A DNA stretch of 64,000 nucleotides from an uncultured Chloroflexia bacterium (GTDB lineage Bacteria; Chloroflexota; UBA6077; JACCZL01), in assembly GCA_963765765.1 (NCBI GenBank), contig CAVXYC010000023.1:384001-448000 (forward strand). Direction: 5' to 3'. The notes under the pieces were generated by a model. That model was not told where the DNA came from. It worked only from the letters and a program-made list of their open reading frames with translations, and searched no databases. Positions within the stretch are counted from its first letter, which is position 1; each line of letters starts with the position of its first letter. Of the stretch, positions 21,023 to 30,067 are shown one piece after another. The translations under genes were made by a program, and so were the position numbers.

Positions 21023-22849
21023 TCAGGCGCCAAGCACTCGCACGCCTGACTTCAATGACCACTCGCCGAGCTCAATGATCCCGACGCTCTCGGAGTTTCG
21101 GTAGCGATCCAGCCAGGCGCGATCGTGGGTCGTGAGGATGAGACGACTGAACCGCGGAGCTTCCCGCACGAGCATGTCCATGAAGCGGTCAACGTGCGGC
21201 TCGTCCACGGACGTCACCACGTCGTCCAGAATGACAATGCTGCGATCTGTGGCGAAACGTTTGGCCATTGCCAGAAAGACGCAGATCCCAAGCGTGTCGA
21301 GATGAGATTCACTGTAGTACGCCTGCGGCGGAAGATCGTCACGATCCTGAAATCCGGCATCCAGCTCTATGGAGCTCGATGCTTGCCGCTTCAGCGCAAA
21401 GCGTACGCGGCCCAACGGCTCGTCCGGGTGAATGCTGGAGTACAGGCGGCCTACGTCATCAGCCACGGCATCCAGGATGTCCTCGGCGTACTGCTTGCGC
21501 TCAGTGGAAACTCGATGAAAGATCGCCTCCATGCGGCGCAGCAGTGTGCGCTGACGGGACACGCTCCCGGCCAGCGAATCCACTCGCTCGGCGGAGAGGC
21601 GAATGGCCGAATGCTGGTTCAGGGCTCGCTGCGTCGACTCGCGTCGCGCGCCTAACGCCTGGATCAGGGGCGCCGTCGCGTCCAATGCGGCGCGCGCCTC
21701 CGCTTCGGCTGTCTCTGTCGCTTCGCCCTCACGCGACAGGATGCTATAGGAGCTCCAGCTCACTGGCATGGCTAGCACCTCGTCCAGGTGGCCTCGGTTG
21801 ATAAGCCGCATGGTGGCCCTGGCACGCTCACAAAACGCCGCGCGAGCGTCCTCCAGTACGGCTGAGCTGCGCGTGAGCTGGGTCTCCGCCACACTCGTGG
21901 CCTCAATGGCGCTCATGAGCTGCCCGGCCCGAGCGATTCGTTGCTGCAATCGGTCGTGAACGGTATCCGCTTCGATAGACTGCTCACACACCGGGCAGTT
22001 CCGAATCGTTCGCCATGCACCGATGAACGCCTCGGCGTCGCGCAAGAGCTCCAGGAGCTCTGCTGCTTGCGGCGACTGAGCGCTCGCCTGCTGGCGTTGC
22101 TCGCGAGCTGTGCCATGCGCCTGACTGGATTGGCGGTAGCCTTGCGAAGCGCGATCGAGCTGGCCGCGCGCTTCTATTGCGGAGCGATACGCTGATTCAA
22201 CGTTGACCATCTCATCGATGGCAGCTCGCATCTCGATGAGATCTTGTCCCGCCTGACTCATGGCCCAGTCGTGGGCGTTGGCGCCTGGACGCCCCTCAGC
22301 CTGCCAGAGCTGCTGCAGCGAGTCCTGCGCCTGAGCAAGCAATTGGGCATCGGACTGGTACTGGCGGTCTATGGCGCGAACGGCCGACCGAAGCGTAGCT
22401 TCCGATCTCTCGATGCCGGGGAGCGCCAGATAGTCCTTTAGCGCCTCGTAGCGCTTGCTTGGCGGCGCCTCGATGACGTTCGTAACATCGCGCCTTCGCA
22501 GAATGTGCGCGTCCGGGCAACCCTCTTCAGGATCTACCATAGGCCCGCGGCGACCCAGCGAAGCGGTCCAGGAAGATCCATCGTCGGCACGTAAGTGCAC
22601 GGAGAGTCTCTCGGGTGATGATCCCAGCGAAGTTACGTGCTTGCGAGCGGATTCACCGAGTCCGAGACTGTAGTTCTCGAGCGATCCGAAATTGCGGTTA
22701 CAGAGGAAGTCGAAGGCATCCACGATGGTGGACTTGCCGGCTCCGTTCTCTCCATAGAGCAGCACCACTGGACGCTCGGAATCCAATCGCACCGACACCG
22801 GCACGGTGGCCCCGCGAAACCCGCTGAGCCCGAGCTCAGTAATTCGCAT
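21023..22849 (-). CDS. Rad50/SbcC-like ABC ATPase with coiled coils and zinc hook
   Basis: GFRG, Walker A GENGAGKST, central CPVC, signature YSESH, Walker B IVILDD, H-loop TTH. Confidence 0.9.
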   Translation of the reverse strand: MRITELGLSGFRGATVPVSVRLDSERPVVLLYGENGAGKSTIVDAFDFLCNRNFGSLENYSLGLGESARKHVTSLGSSPERLSVHLRADDGSSWTASLGRRGPMVDPEEGCPDAHILRRRDVTNVIEAPPSKRYEALKDYLALPGIERSEATLRSAVRAIDRQYQSDAQLLAQAQDSLQQLWQAEGRPGANAHDWAMSQAGQDLIEMRAAIDEMVNVESAYRSAIEARGQLDRASQGYRQSSQAHGTAREQRQQASAQSPQAAELLELLRDAEAFIGAWRTIRNCPVCEQSIEADTVHDRLQQRIARAGQLMSAIEATSVAETQLTRSSAVLEDARAAFCERARATMRLINRGHLDEVLAMPVSWSSYSILSREGEATETAEAEARAALDATAPLIQALGARRESTQRALNQHSAIRLSAERVDSLAGSVSRQRTLLRRMEAIFHRVSTERKQYAEDILDAVADDVGRLYSSIHPDEPLGRVRFALKRQASSSIELDAGFQDRDDLPPQAYYSESHLDTLGICVFLAMAKRFATDRSIVILDDVVTSVDEPHVDRFMDMLVREAPRFSRLILTTHDRAWLDRYRNSESVGIIELGEWSLKSGVRVLGA

Positions 22850-23021
22850 CGGCCGGCAATGTGCTGAGGTCCTGTTGCACCTCGTGCACCCAATCGTCCG
22901 CCGTCATCGTTCCATCGGCCAGCCGCTGGCTGATTCGTGCAAGCGTCTCATCGCCCAGCAGGTCTTCGGCACGCAGCGCAGCGATGATGCGATCGGCCAC
23001 CTGGCGATCTGAGGCGCTCAT
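22836..23021 (-). CDS. 61-aa helical hypothetical protein coupled between toxin and ATPase
   Basis: ATGA overlap with the PemK stop and 14-nt overlap with the ATPase start; amphipathic helices. Confidence 0.7.
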   Translation of the reverse strand: MSASDRQVADRIIAALRAEDLLGDETLARISQRLADGTMTADDWVHEVQQDLSTLPADANY

Positions 23022-23365
23022 TGTGTCCCTGCAACAGCGAATAGGCTTCCAAGCGCTGTTCTCACGGCAGACTGGTCGTTCAGCCCGAGTTGGCCCAGGT
23101 TCTCAAGAATCAGCCGATCGTCCAGTGTGAAAAGTTTGAGCCGTACGACTGACGCGTGATGAAGACCAGCAGCTTCCAGATCTTGGACTCGATGATCGAG
23201 AGGCCATGCGCTGTGGTCGGCGGAGGTGATCATGGCCAGCACAGCTTGACTGACCGAGCTCAATACAACCGCCGACGAGATGATCAGTGCTGGCCAGCGT
23301 GTCGTCGCTTCACGGTCGGCAAACGGGAGCGGAAGACGGACAAGGTCGAACCGCTCACAAGTCAC
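23018..23365 (-). CDS. PemK/MazF family toxin
   Basis: ERFDLVRLPLPFAD...RWPALIIS...AMITS...AAGL...SVVRLKLFTLD; GTG start overlaps the antitoxin end. Confidence 0.85.
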   Translation of the reverse strand: MTCERFDLVRLPLPFADREATTRWPALIISSAVVLSSVSQAVLAMITSADHSAWPLDHRVQDLEAAGLHHASVVRLKLFTLDDRLILENLGQLGLNDQSAVRTALGSLFAVAGTQ

Positions 23366-23585
23366 GGTAGGCTTCGTCATCCTCCGGGGAGCTCCACTCG
23401 CTCAGCGTGGACTCCAGGCCCCGTAGGGGCTCTATGTCGAGCGGATGCGCACGCCGAACCGCGACTCGACCATCTTCATGCACGTCCCAGACGATCGAAT
23501 CGCCCGGCCTCACAGATAGTGCAGTCCGCACCTCACGGGAAACAGTGGTCTGCCCCTTAGATGTGATCTTCGCGACGGCAATCAT
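23355..23585 (-). CDS. AbrB/MazE/SpoVT family antitoxin
   Basis: AKITSKGQTTVSREVRTAL...PGD; tail LSEWSSPEDDEAYRDL. Confidence 0.9.
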   Translation of the reverse strand: MIAVAKITSKGQTTVSREVRTALSVRPGDSIVWDVHEDGRVAVRRAHPLDIEPLRGLESTLSEWSSPEDDEAYRDL

Positions 23586-23595
23586 GTCCGAACTT

Positions 23596-23621
23596 CTTAC
23601 GTCCTTACCGCCGTACCTTAC
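23596..23621 (-). promoter_or_regulatory. Three GTAAG direct repeats upstream of the antitoxin, candidate operator
   Basis: CTTAC on + strand at 23596, 23604 and 23617. Confidence 0.45.
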
Positions 23622-23793
23622 CATCCATTGTCTGCCTGCTCAGAATTGAGGACCTTCGAAGTGAGCGATGATGGATGCCATCGGGCGGGTAAAAGCCGCC
23701 AATCGAAGGGGCTTGACCTTCACGCGGAGGTCGTCCGAAAACGCAGACCCGCCACGGTCGACCGCGCGGGGGTAGACCCCAGAGACGTAGACG

Positions 23794-24916
23794 TTACCGA
23801 TAAACCCCGTTATGACCAAGGCTGATCTTGCCCGGTTGTGGGAAATACGTGAGGCCATGGGGGCCCGCGCCGGTGCGGATGCGATGCAGCAGGCCTCCGT
23901 TGTTTGAGTCCACCACGTCTACCCAGCCGTGATAGCGTGACGAGACCCAAATTTGCTGCCCGTCCGGGGATACCTGCACCATGTCCGGACTACCGCCGAT
24001 CCGCCACGTCTGAGCGATGCCGACCGCTTCCACGTCGATGACGGAAATCGAACCTGCCAGACGATTCGTCACGTAGATAGCCCGCGCATCGCGACTTATA
24101 GCCATGCCGTGCGCACCCGCGCCAGTGGGTAGGAAGGCGATCTCGCGCATCGCTTCCGGGTCCACCACGGAGACTCCGTTTCGGCCCTGGTTGCAAACGT
24201 AGAACACGTCGCCAAGCGGGGAAAGCTTTACGTCGACCGGCAGCCCGCCCACGCGGACCACACCGGCCACCTGCATGTTGTGGACGTCCACCTTCACGAA
24301 TTCTCCGCCGAACTCGCAGCTCACCATGAGAAACGAGCCATCGGCTGAGAAATCCGCATGGTCCACACCCCGCCCGGGGATCTGCAAGCGTCGTAACGGC
24401 TCCCAGGTGAGGATGTCGTAGAAGTCCAGCCGATTGAAGTATTCCGCGGCCACAATTGCCTTGGTGCCGTCAGGCGAGAAGTAGAGGTTGTACGGAACAG
24501 CCGCCGGAATGCTATGCGGCCACGCGACCGGAGTGGATATCGATCACGGCAAGCCGGTTGGAATCCATCACGTTGACCATCAAGCTGGACATGTCCGGCG
24601 ACGGACCAACGTGATGTGGCGTGCGCCCGACGAAATAGCGATCGACCACCTGCATGGAGGCCGGGTCAATGACCGCAACGTCTCCGCCGAGCTCGTGGGG
24701 CACGTACACCCGCGGCGGCAGGTCGCGCAGCGCAGGATTGATGAATTTCTCACTGATCGTGTTGGCGTAGACATTGAAAGGGGCAGGCGATGGTTCGGCA
24801 ATTTGCGGCGCGGGCGCCTCCCGCTGGGCGCCCAGCGCGGGTCTTGGGAGCGCGGCCAGGGCCAGGCTTGCGCCAAGGCCACGAGCGAACTGGCGGCGGC
24901 TAATGGGGTCGGGCAT
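23794..24916 (-). CDS. Tat-exported YVTN/YncE-type beta-propeller protein (frameshift near 24510)
   Basis: SRRQF twin-arginine signal; repeated YVTNR, FYVCNQ, SPDG, GAGPHG blades. Confidence 0.85.
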
Positions 24917-25042
24917 AACGTCGCGAATTCTAGTGCGCGCTTGTCGCGGCGGCCAAGAATTCGGGTTGCATTCAGGTTGGATGTGAGCCTGCAAACCAAC
25001 GGAAACTAGCCGCTCCCACCGGCCACGTGACACAATTTACCC

Positions 25043-25945
25043 ATGCTTCGTATTCACCAGGAGATGTCGCTGCGCTCGCCATTACTGCTGGCCGCGTTCG
25101 GGGGCTGGCCGGATGCGTCGTTAGCCGCCACAGGTGCGCTTAAGTATCTGCGGGCGAAGTACGAGGTAACCCGCCTGGCCGAGCTGGATCCTGAGGCGGT
25201 GTTTTGCTACTCGATCACGCGGCCAATCACCAGCATGCTCGATCGAGGTCGACGCGCGTTCCGTTATCCGGAGCTGGTGATCTACGGACTGCCGCTACCA
25301 TTTGCCGAGCGCGACCTGGTGCTTATCACTGGTCCGGAGCCGGACCTCATGTGGCGAGAATGCTGCCGAACCATCGCTGAGTACGCCGGGCAGATAGGCG
25401 TACGAAACGTGGTGACGTTTGGCGCATTTTACGCGCAGGTTCCACACAATCTTCGCCCACCAATCTTCGGGCGGGCAGTGGATCCGGGCGATCGGGAGCG
25501 GCTCTCAGCGCTTGGTATCCAGGACACATCATACGAAGGTCCCACCGGTTTTCCGACTGCGCTGGCTGACGCCACGCAGCAGCTCGGTATCCCGTCAACA
25601 GGCCTCTGGGCTGCCGGCCCGATCTATCTCCAGGGGGGCACCAATCCAAAGGTTGCTCTCCGTTTGCTTCGAGTAGCGGAGCGCATGCACCGTGTGGAGC
25701 TTGGCCTGGGAGAGCTTCGGGGAGCGTCACAGGACCTGGACCGTCGAATTGACGAAGCGCTCCGCGCGCGCCCGGAATTGGAGAGGTTTGTTCAGCGCAT
25801 GGCCGGGCTTGGTGAGCCGGACAGCGAGCCAGGAGAGACGCTTGACGCAGCGGACGAGGCCGAGCTGCCTACGCCGGAAGAGTTCCTCCAGTCATTGGAG
25901 GAGTATCTGCGTGAGTCACGACCCCGGGAATCGGACGAAGATTAG
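25043..25945 (+). CDS. PAC2 family (proteasome assembly chaperone-like) protein
   Basis: AAFGGWPDA, GPEPDLMW, VPH, YEGPTG, NPKVAL. Confidence 0.9.
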   Translation: MLRIHQEMSLRSPLLLAAFGGWPDASLAATGALKYLRAKYEVTRLAELDPEAVFCYSITRPITSMLDRGRRAFRYPELVIYGLPLPFAERDLVLITGPEPDLMWRECCRTIAEYAGQIGVRNVVTFGAFYAQVPHNLRPPIFGRAVDPGDRERLSALGIQDTSYEGPTGFPTALADATQQLGIPSTGLWAAGPIYLQGGTNPKVALRLLRVAERMHRVELGLGELRGASQDLDRRIDEALRARPELERFVQRMAGLGEPDSEPGETLDAADEAELPTPEEFLQSLEEYLRESRPRESDED

Positions 25946-25978
25946 CGGCTGGCTTCGTTCAGCCAGTGTGTAAGGCTA

Positions 25979-26007
25979 TTGACATGCGCTCGGTGAGCGG
26001 ATAGCGT
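25979..26007 (+). promoter_or_regulatory. Sigma70-type promoter
   Basis: TTGACA-17 nt-TAGCGT, 33 nt before GTG 26041. Confidence 0.55.
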
Positions 26008-26040
26008 ATCGACCGAATCTCAATTTGGATCGGTGCGCTT

Positions 26041-26487
26041 GTGCCAGTAGTCAGTGTCAGTTTGTGGCTTCATATCGCGGCGGTCGTGCTTGCCATTGGA
26101 GGCACGTCGTTCGTTCTCTTTGTGCTCGGCCCCACGTTGCGCCGGGTCCCCGGAGAAGCGCAGCAGCAGATATTTGCTGGTATTCGGACGCGTTTCTTCC
26201 CCATTGTCTGGGGCTGCATTGCCGTCATTCTCCTGAGTGGCCTGGCGGCGGCCGGGTCGCTGCAAGTGCTTCGGCCGCAAGTGTTGTTCGGTACGACTTA
26301 CGGCTGGCTACTGACGACGAAGATACTTCTGGCGCTCATCCTATTTACCTGCGCGCTGCTTATCACGCTGCCGAATGAGGGCCTTGCCCGATTTCGCGCC
26401 CGCGCCACGCAGTATCAGCGCATGATCGTGAGCATTGCCGTGATCATTATCTTGATCGCGACTTCATTGAGGTATGCGCCGCGGTAG
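26041..26487 (+). CDS. Four-helix membrane protein (CopD/DUF4149-like)
   Basis: WLHIAAVVLAIGG, FGTTYGWLLTTKILL. Confidence 0.75.
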   Translation: MPVVSVSLWLHIAAVVLAIGGTSFVLFVLGPTLRRVPGEAQQQIFAGIRTRFFPIVWGCIAVILLSGLAAAGSLQVLRPQVLFGTTYGWLLTTKILLALILFTCALLITLPNEGLARFRARATQYQRMIVSIAVIIILIATSLRYAPR

Positions 26488-26526
26488 GAAATTCGGGCGG
26501 CAGACCGCGTCTCTTGCAAGCACCTA

Positions 26527-26535
26527 TGCTATACT
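26527..26535 (+). promoter_or_regulatory. Extended -10 promoter candidate for rpsU
   Basis: TG-C-TATACT about 245 nt upstream of the S21 start. Confidence 0.45.
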
Positions 26536-26781
26536 GGCGCAAGCCGCCGGATGCGTTCGTACGATTGTGCGAGATGGCGTCTAGCAGGCAGACCAGCGCA
26601 TGTTGCCCCGGCTGACAGTTGTACTGGTCCGGTATGAGCGCATTGTCCCTGATGCGCGACCGCGTTCTTGAAGCTGACGGTCCGAAGCATTGGTCGTCCG
26701 CGCTCGGAGCGCCGATAATGGTGAAGTCACAGCACTCGGCCGACCCGTCGGCTGCGTAGTGTAGACCTCTAAGGAGAAGCG

Positions 26782-26970
26782 ATGCAGGTTGTGTTGCGAG
26801 AGGGCGAATCGTTTGAAGCGCTGGTCAAGCGTTTCAAAGCGGGTGTAGAGCGGGAAGGCATTCTCCGCGATTACAAGCGAAAGCGGCGTTTCAAGCCGGC
26901 GCACGAAGTGCGACGCGAGAAGATTCAAGCGGCAATGCGGCGGCGGCGGCGAGCGAACCGATCGCGATAA
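26782..26970 (+). CDS. rpsU: 30S ribosomal protein S21
   Basis: AAGGAG RBS; VVLREGESFEALVKRFK...GILRDYKRKRRFKP, Arg-rich tail. Confidence 0.9.
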   Translation: MQVVLREGESFEALVKRFKAGVEREGILRDYKRKRRFKPAHEVRREKIQAAMRRRRRANRSR

Positions 26971-27047
26971 CATGGCAGCCCCAATGAATAGCGGTCGGGT
27001 CTGGAAGTGTCCCACCTGTGGGCGCACTCGACCCGGTGCCATGGCCA

Positions 27048-27438
27048 CTAACAGTGGCCCGATTTGTCGATACGACCTTTCAGAAATGCGCCTTGTGACC
27101 GTGGTCGGCTTCTCCCCCGGCGGGCGGCGGTGGATTCGGTGGCCGCCCGCGTCGACCCGGAGGCCAGGCTTTTCCGGATGGTCCACCCCGCCGTCCTCGA
27201 GATCCAAATCGAGATCCCAACGGCGATCCCAATGCTAAGCCATCCCAACGTCGACGTCGGCGAAATGAGCGGCCCGCGGCACCTCCAGGTGCACCACCTG
27301 ATCCCATTGATGAGAATGAACAGACCGTAGCCGAAGGCGAAGATACCAGCGAGGCCCAACGTCCGGCACGCCGAAATCGCCGAGGCCGCCGTCGCGGTCG
27401 ACGCCCAGATGGCACAGAAAACGGCGTTGTGTCCTCAT
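27048..27438 (-). CDS. Hypothetical membrane protein (boundaries uncertain, probably frameshifted)
   Basis: Two hydrophobic helices (LAGIFAFGYGLFILINGI; LGWLSIGIAVGISIWI) after an Arg-rich leader in another frame. Confidence 0.35.
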
Positions 27439-27580
27439 CCGATCAGAGTCCCCCGAGCGCAAGCGAGTCCTCCGCTACAGACTAAACCGGTCCCCATCAA
27501 GCTCCTGAATCGACATCGAAGCACGTGTCGGTCGATGCCTTGTGTGCGGCGCTGCATCGGTGCGTTACCATGGCCGCACT

Positions 27581-28154
27581 ATGGCTGACGCATTTCACAT
27601 TCTCGGCCTCCCCAGTACGTTGCGGGCCAGGTCCTTCAATACGGGGCTGCTACGAGCCGCCGCATGACGTCGCGCCGGACGGAGTGTCTGTCGAGATCTT
27701 TCCTATCCAGACGCTGCCGTTTTATGACCAGGATCTCGACGGAAGTGATGACGAGCCAGGCCCAGTGCGCGAATTCCGAGAGAGGGTCCGCGCCGCGGAC
27801 GCATTGCTCATAAGCTGCGCGGAATACAGCCATTCCATAACGGGCGTGCTTAAGAATGCACTGGATTGGGCGTCAAGGCCGCTTCCCAACCATCCTTTGA
27901 AGTTCAAGTCCGTGGCTTTGGTCAGCGCCACAGGCGGCGCTTCCGGCGGAATCCGATCAAAGCTCGCCATTTTGCCTGTGCTGGAATCGACCGAGACGTA
28001 TCTGATGATGCGCCCGGAGCTGATGATTGGCGGAGCTCGCGAGAAGTTTGACAAGGAAGGCAACCTTCTGGACGAAGCCCTACGGGCGCGTCTCGGCCAG
28101 GTCGTTGCCGCGCTGGTGGACTTCAGCCAGCAGATGAAGAGCATCACTCCCTGA
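27581..28154 (+). CDS. NADPH-dependent FMN reductase (5' end frameshifted)
   Basis: TLRARSFNTGLLRAA read by hand; LPFYDQD, AEYSHSITGVLKNALDWASR. Confidence 0.85.
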
Positions 28155-28365
28155 GCTGAAGGTGCCTTCATGGCGCGGGGAGTACAAGAGAAGCGACTCG
28201 GACAGTCTCCTTCGCTAGCCCGGCACCCTTAACAGATCGCGCATCAATCCTCCCCGTTTGACCAGGCACCGACCTGGCCAAACGGCTGATCCGATTCAGC
28301 CATTCCGCTCCGTAGGATTTGAGCAGAGAGCACGGTCCCTGGGCCGCGACTCCAGGGAGTAGGAC

Positions 28366-29280
28366 ATGACCAACGACTCATCAGAATCCAGCAACTTGCT
28401 AAGCCAGCTTTCCGAGCACCTCGCCGATACAGTGGCGCGTGCTGCCGCGTCCATTGTGCATGTTGATGCGCGGCCACGATATGGCGCTTCAGGCGTTGTC
28501 TGGACGGACGGCATTGTAGTGACGGCGGATCACGTAGTGGAGAGAGAAGACGGCATCTCGGTGACGCTTGCGGACGGGGAGGCACAGGCAGCAACCCTGG
28601 TCGGCAGGGATCCTGAGAACGATCTCGCAGTGCTCCGAGTGCCCCAGCTCGCGGCGCCAGCTATTCAAAAGGGCGCGCTGCCGCGTGTAGGCAGCTTGTC
28701 ATTGTTGGTAGCGCGCCCAGGACGCTTGGAGCAGGCTAGCCTGGCAGCGGTCCGGTCGGTGGGCGATGCGCCGCGACGGGGTCGCGGAGCTTCGCCTCTT
28801 CCCTTGATAGCAGTCGACCTCACATTTCACCCAGGCTATTCTGGCGGTGGCCTTGTAGACGGCGAGGGTCGACTTCTCGGGATCGCGAGCTCGGGTTTTG
28901 GACGGGGGCAAGGTGGCGGTGTAATCATCGGTCTGTCCCGTGTGGAACAAGTTGTCGACACACTCGTTCAACACGGTCGAATCCGGCGCGGGTACCTTGG
29001 CGTCACCAGCCAGCCAGTGGAAATTCCTGCTGCAATGCGGAGTCAAGTGGACCAGGCACGCGGCCTTCTCATCCTGAACGTGGCAGAGGCGAGCCCCGCG
29101 GAGCGGGCTGGGATCCTGATGGGAGACGTCCTGGTTGCGATCGCTGGCGAGCCTACCCAGGGGCCACGGGAGCTCCGCGCCCAGCTTACCGCTGAACGAG
29201 TTGGTCAGGCCGTGCCGGTGACTGTGTTACGTGGCGGCCAAGTACAGGGGCTTACCGTCACGATTGGCGAGCAGGAATGA
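28366..29280 (+). CDS. Trypsin-like serine protease with PDZ domain (HtrA-like)
   Basis: TADHVV, DLAVL, PGYSGG triad motifs; RGYLGV, SPAERAGILMGDV. Confidence 0.9.
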   Translation: MTNDSSESSNLLSQLSEHLADTVARAAASIVHVDARPRYGASGVVWTDGIVVTADHVVEREDGISVTLADGEAQAATLVGRDPENDLAVLRVPQLAAPAIQKGALPRVGSLSLLVARPGRLEQASLAAVRSVGDAPRRGRGASPLPLIAVDLTFHPGYSGGGLVDGEGRLLGIASSGFGRGQGGGVIIGLSRVEQVVDTLVQHGRIRRGYLGVTSQPVEIPAAMRSQVDQARGLLILNVAEASPAERAGILMGDVLVAIAGEPTQGPRELRAQLTAERVGQAVPVTVLRGGQVQGLTVTIGEQE

Positions 29281-29327
29281 CCGGTAGCAATCCCCGGTAG
29301 CCGCCGGTTGACCTCAGGAGCCAGCCA

Positions 29328-29945
29328 ATGGCGGTGATTCGGGTGGCGCTGGTGGCCCGGACTCTTCCAGTCCGGGCTGGCCTGCGAGCACTTCTCGACG
29401 GCGATGTGCGATTCCGCGTGATCGGTGACTTTCCTTCCGTGGACGCTATTGATCTCGGTACGCGCGAAGAGACGCAGGTGCTCTTGCTCGACGGGGAGGC
29501 CCTGAGCATGCTTACCACCGTATCGACCGAGACGCTGCCTGGACTTGTGTTACTTGGCGGGGGCGCGCTGCTGCGCTCCCAGCTTCTCAAGCTTGGCGGC
29601 CCGGTAGGTCTTCTGGACGCTGATGTTTCGAGTGAACAGATCAACGCGGCGATTGTCGCGGTAGCAGCCGGGCTAACGGTAACTGAGCCTGGGGCGGTCG
29701 GCTCGATGGGGACAGCGTTGCGCATGGATGACGACGAATTCGATCAACCGGAGTTGACCTCACGAGAGCGGGAGGTGCTCGAGCTCGTTGCGGCAGGCTT
29801 GCCAAACAAGGGCATCGCGTTGCGTCTGAATATCAGCGACCATACGGTGAAGTACCACCTGACCTCGGTGCTCAGTAAACTAGGCGCAGCCAGTCGAGCC
29901 GAGGCCGTGGCCCTCGCCGCGCGCCGAGGACTGATCGCGCTCTAA
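29328..29945 (+). CDS. LuxR/NarL family transcriptional regulator
   Basis: LTSREREVLELVAAGLPNKGIALRLNISDHTVKYH; divergent receiver domain. Confidence 0.9.
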   Translation: MAVIRVALVARTLPVRAGLRALLDGDVRFRVIGDFPSVDAIDLGTREETQVLLLDGEALSMLTTVSTETLPGLVLLGGGALLRSQLLKLGGPVGLLDADVSSEQINAAIVAVAAGLTVTEPGAVGSMGTALRMDDDEFDQPELTSREREVLELVAAGLPNKGIALRLNISDHTVKYHLTSVLSKLGAASRAEAVALAARRGLIAL

Positions 29946-30067
29946 TCTCGGGGCGCCACGTCCCTCGGCTGCCCTAGCTGACGCCGGCTCAGTCCGCCTG
30001 AGTCAGTGAGAACGGGTTACACGCGGGTGCGAGACACGCGCCACCGCGGAGTGCTCTTCTGAACCAG

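Noticed and set aside
21023-22849. Housekeeping SbcC, RecN or SMC
   Set aside because: No sbcD or scpAB neighbours, atypical signature motif, and it is coupled to a toxin-antitoxin pair.
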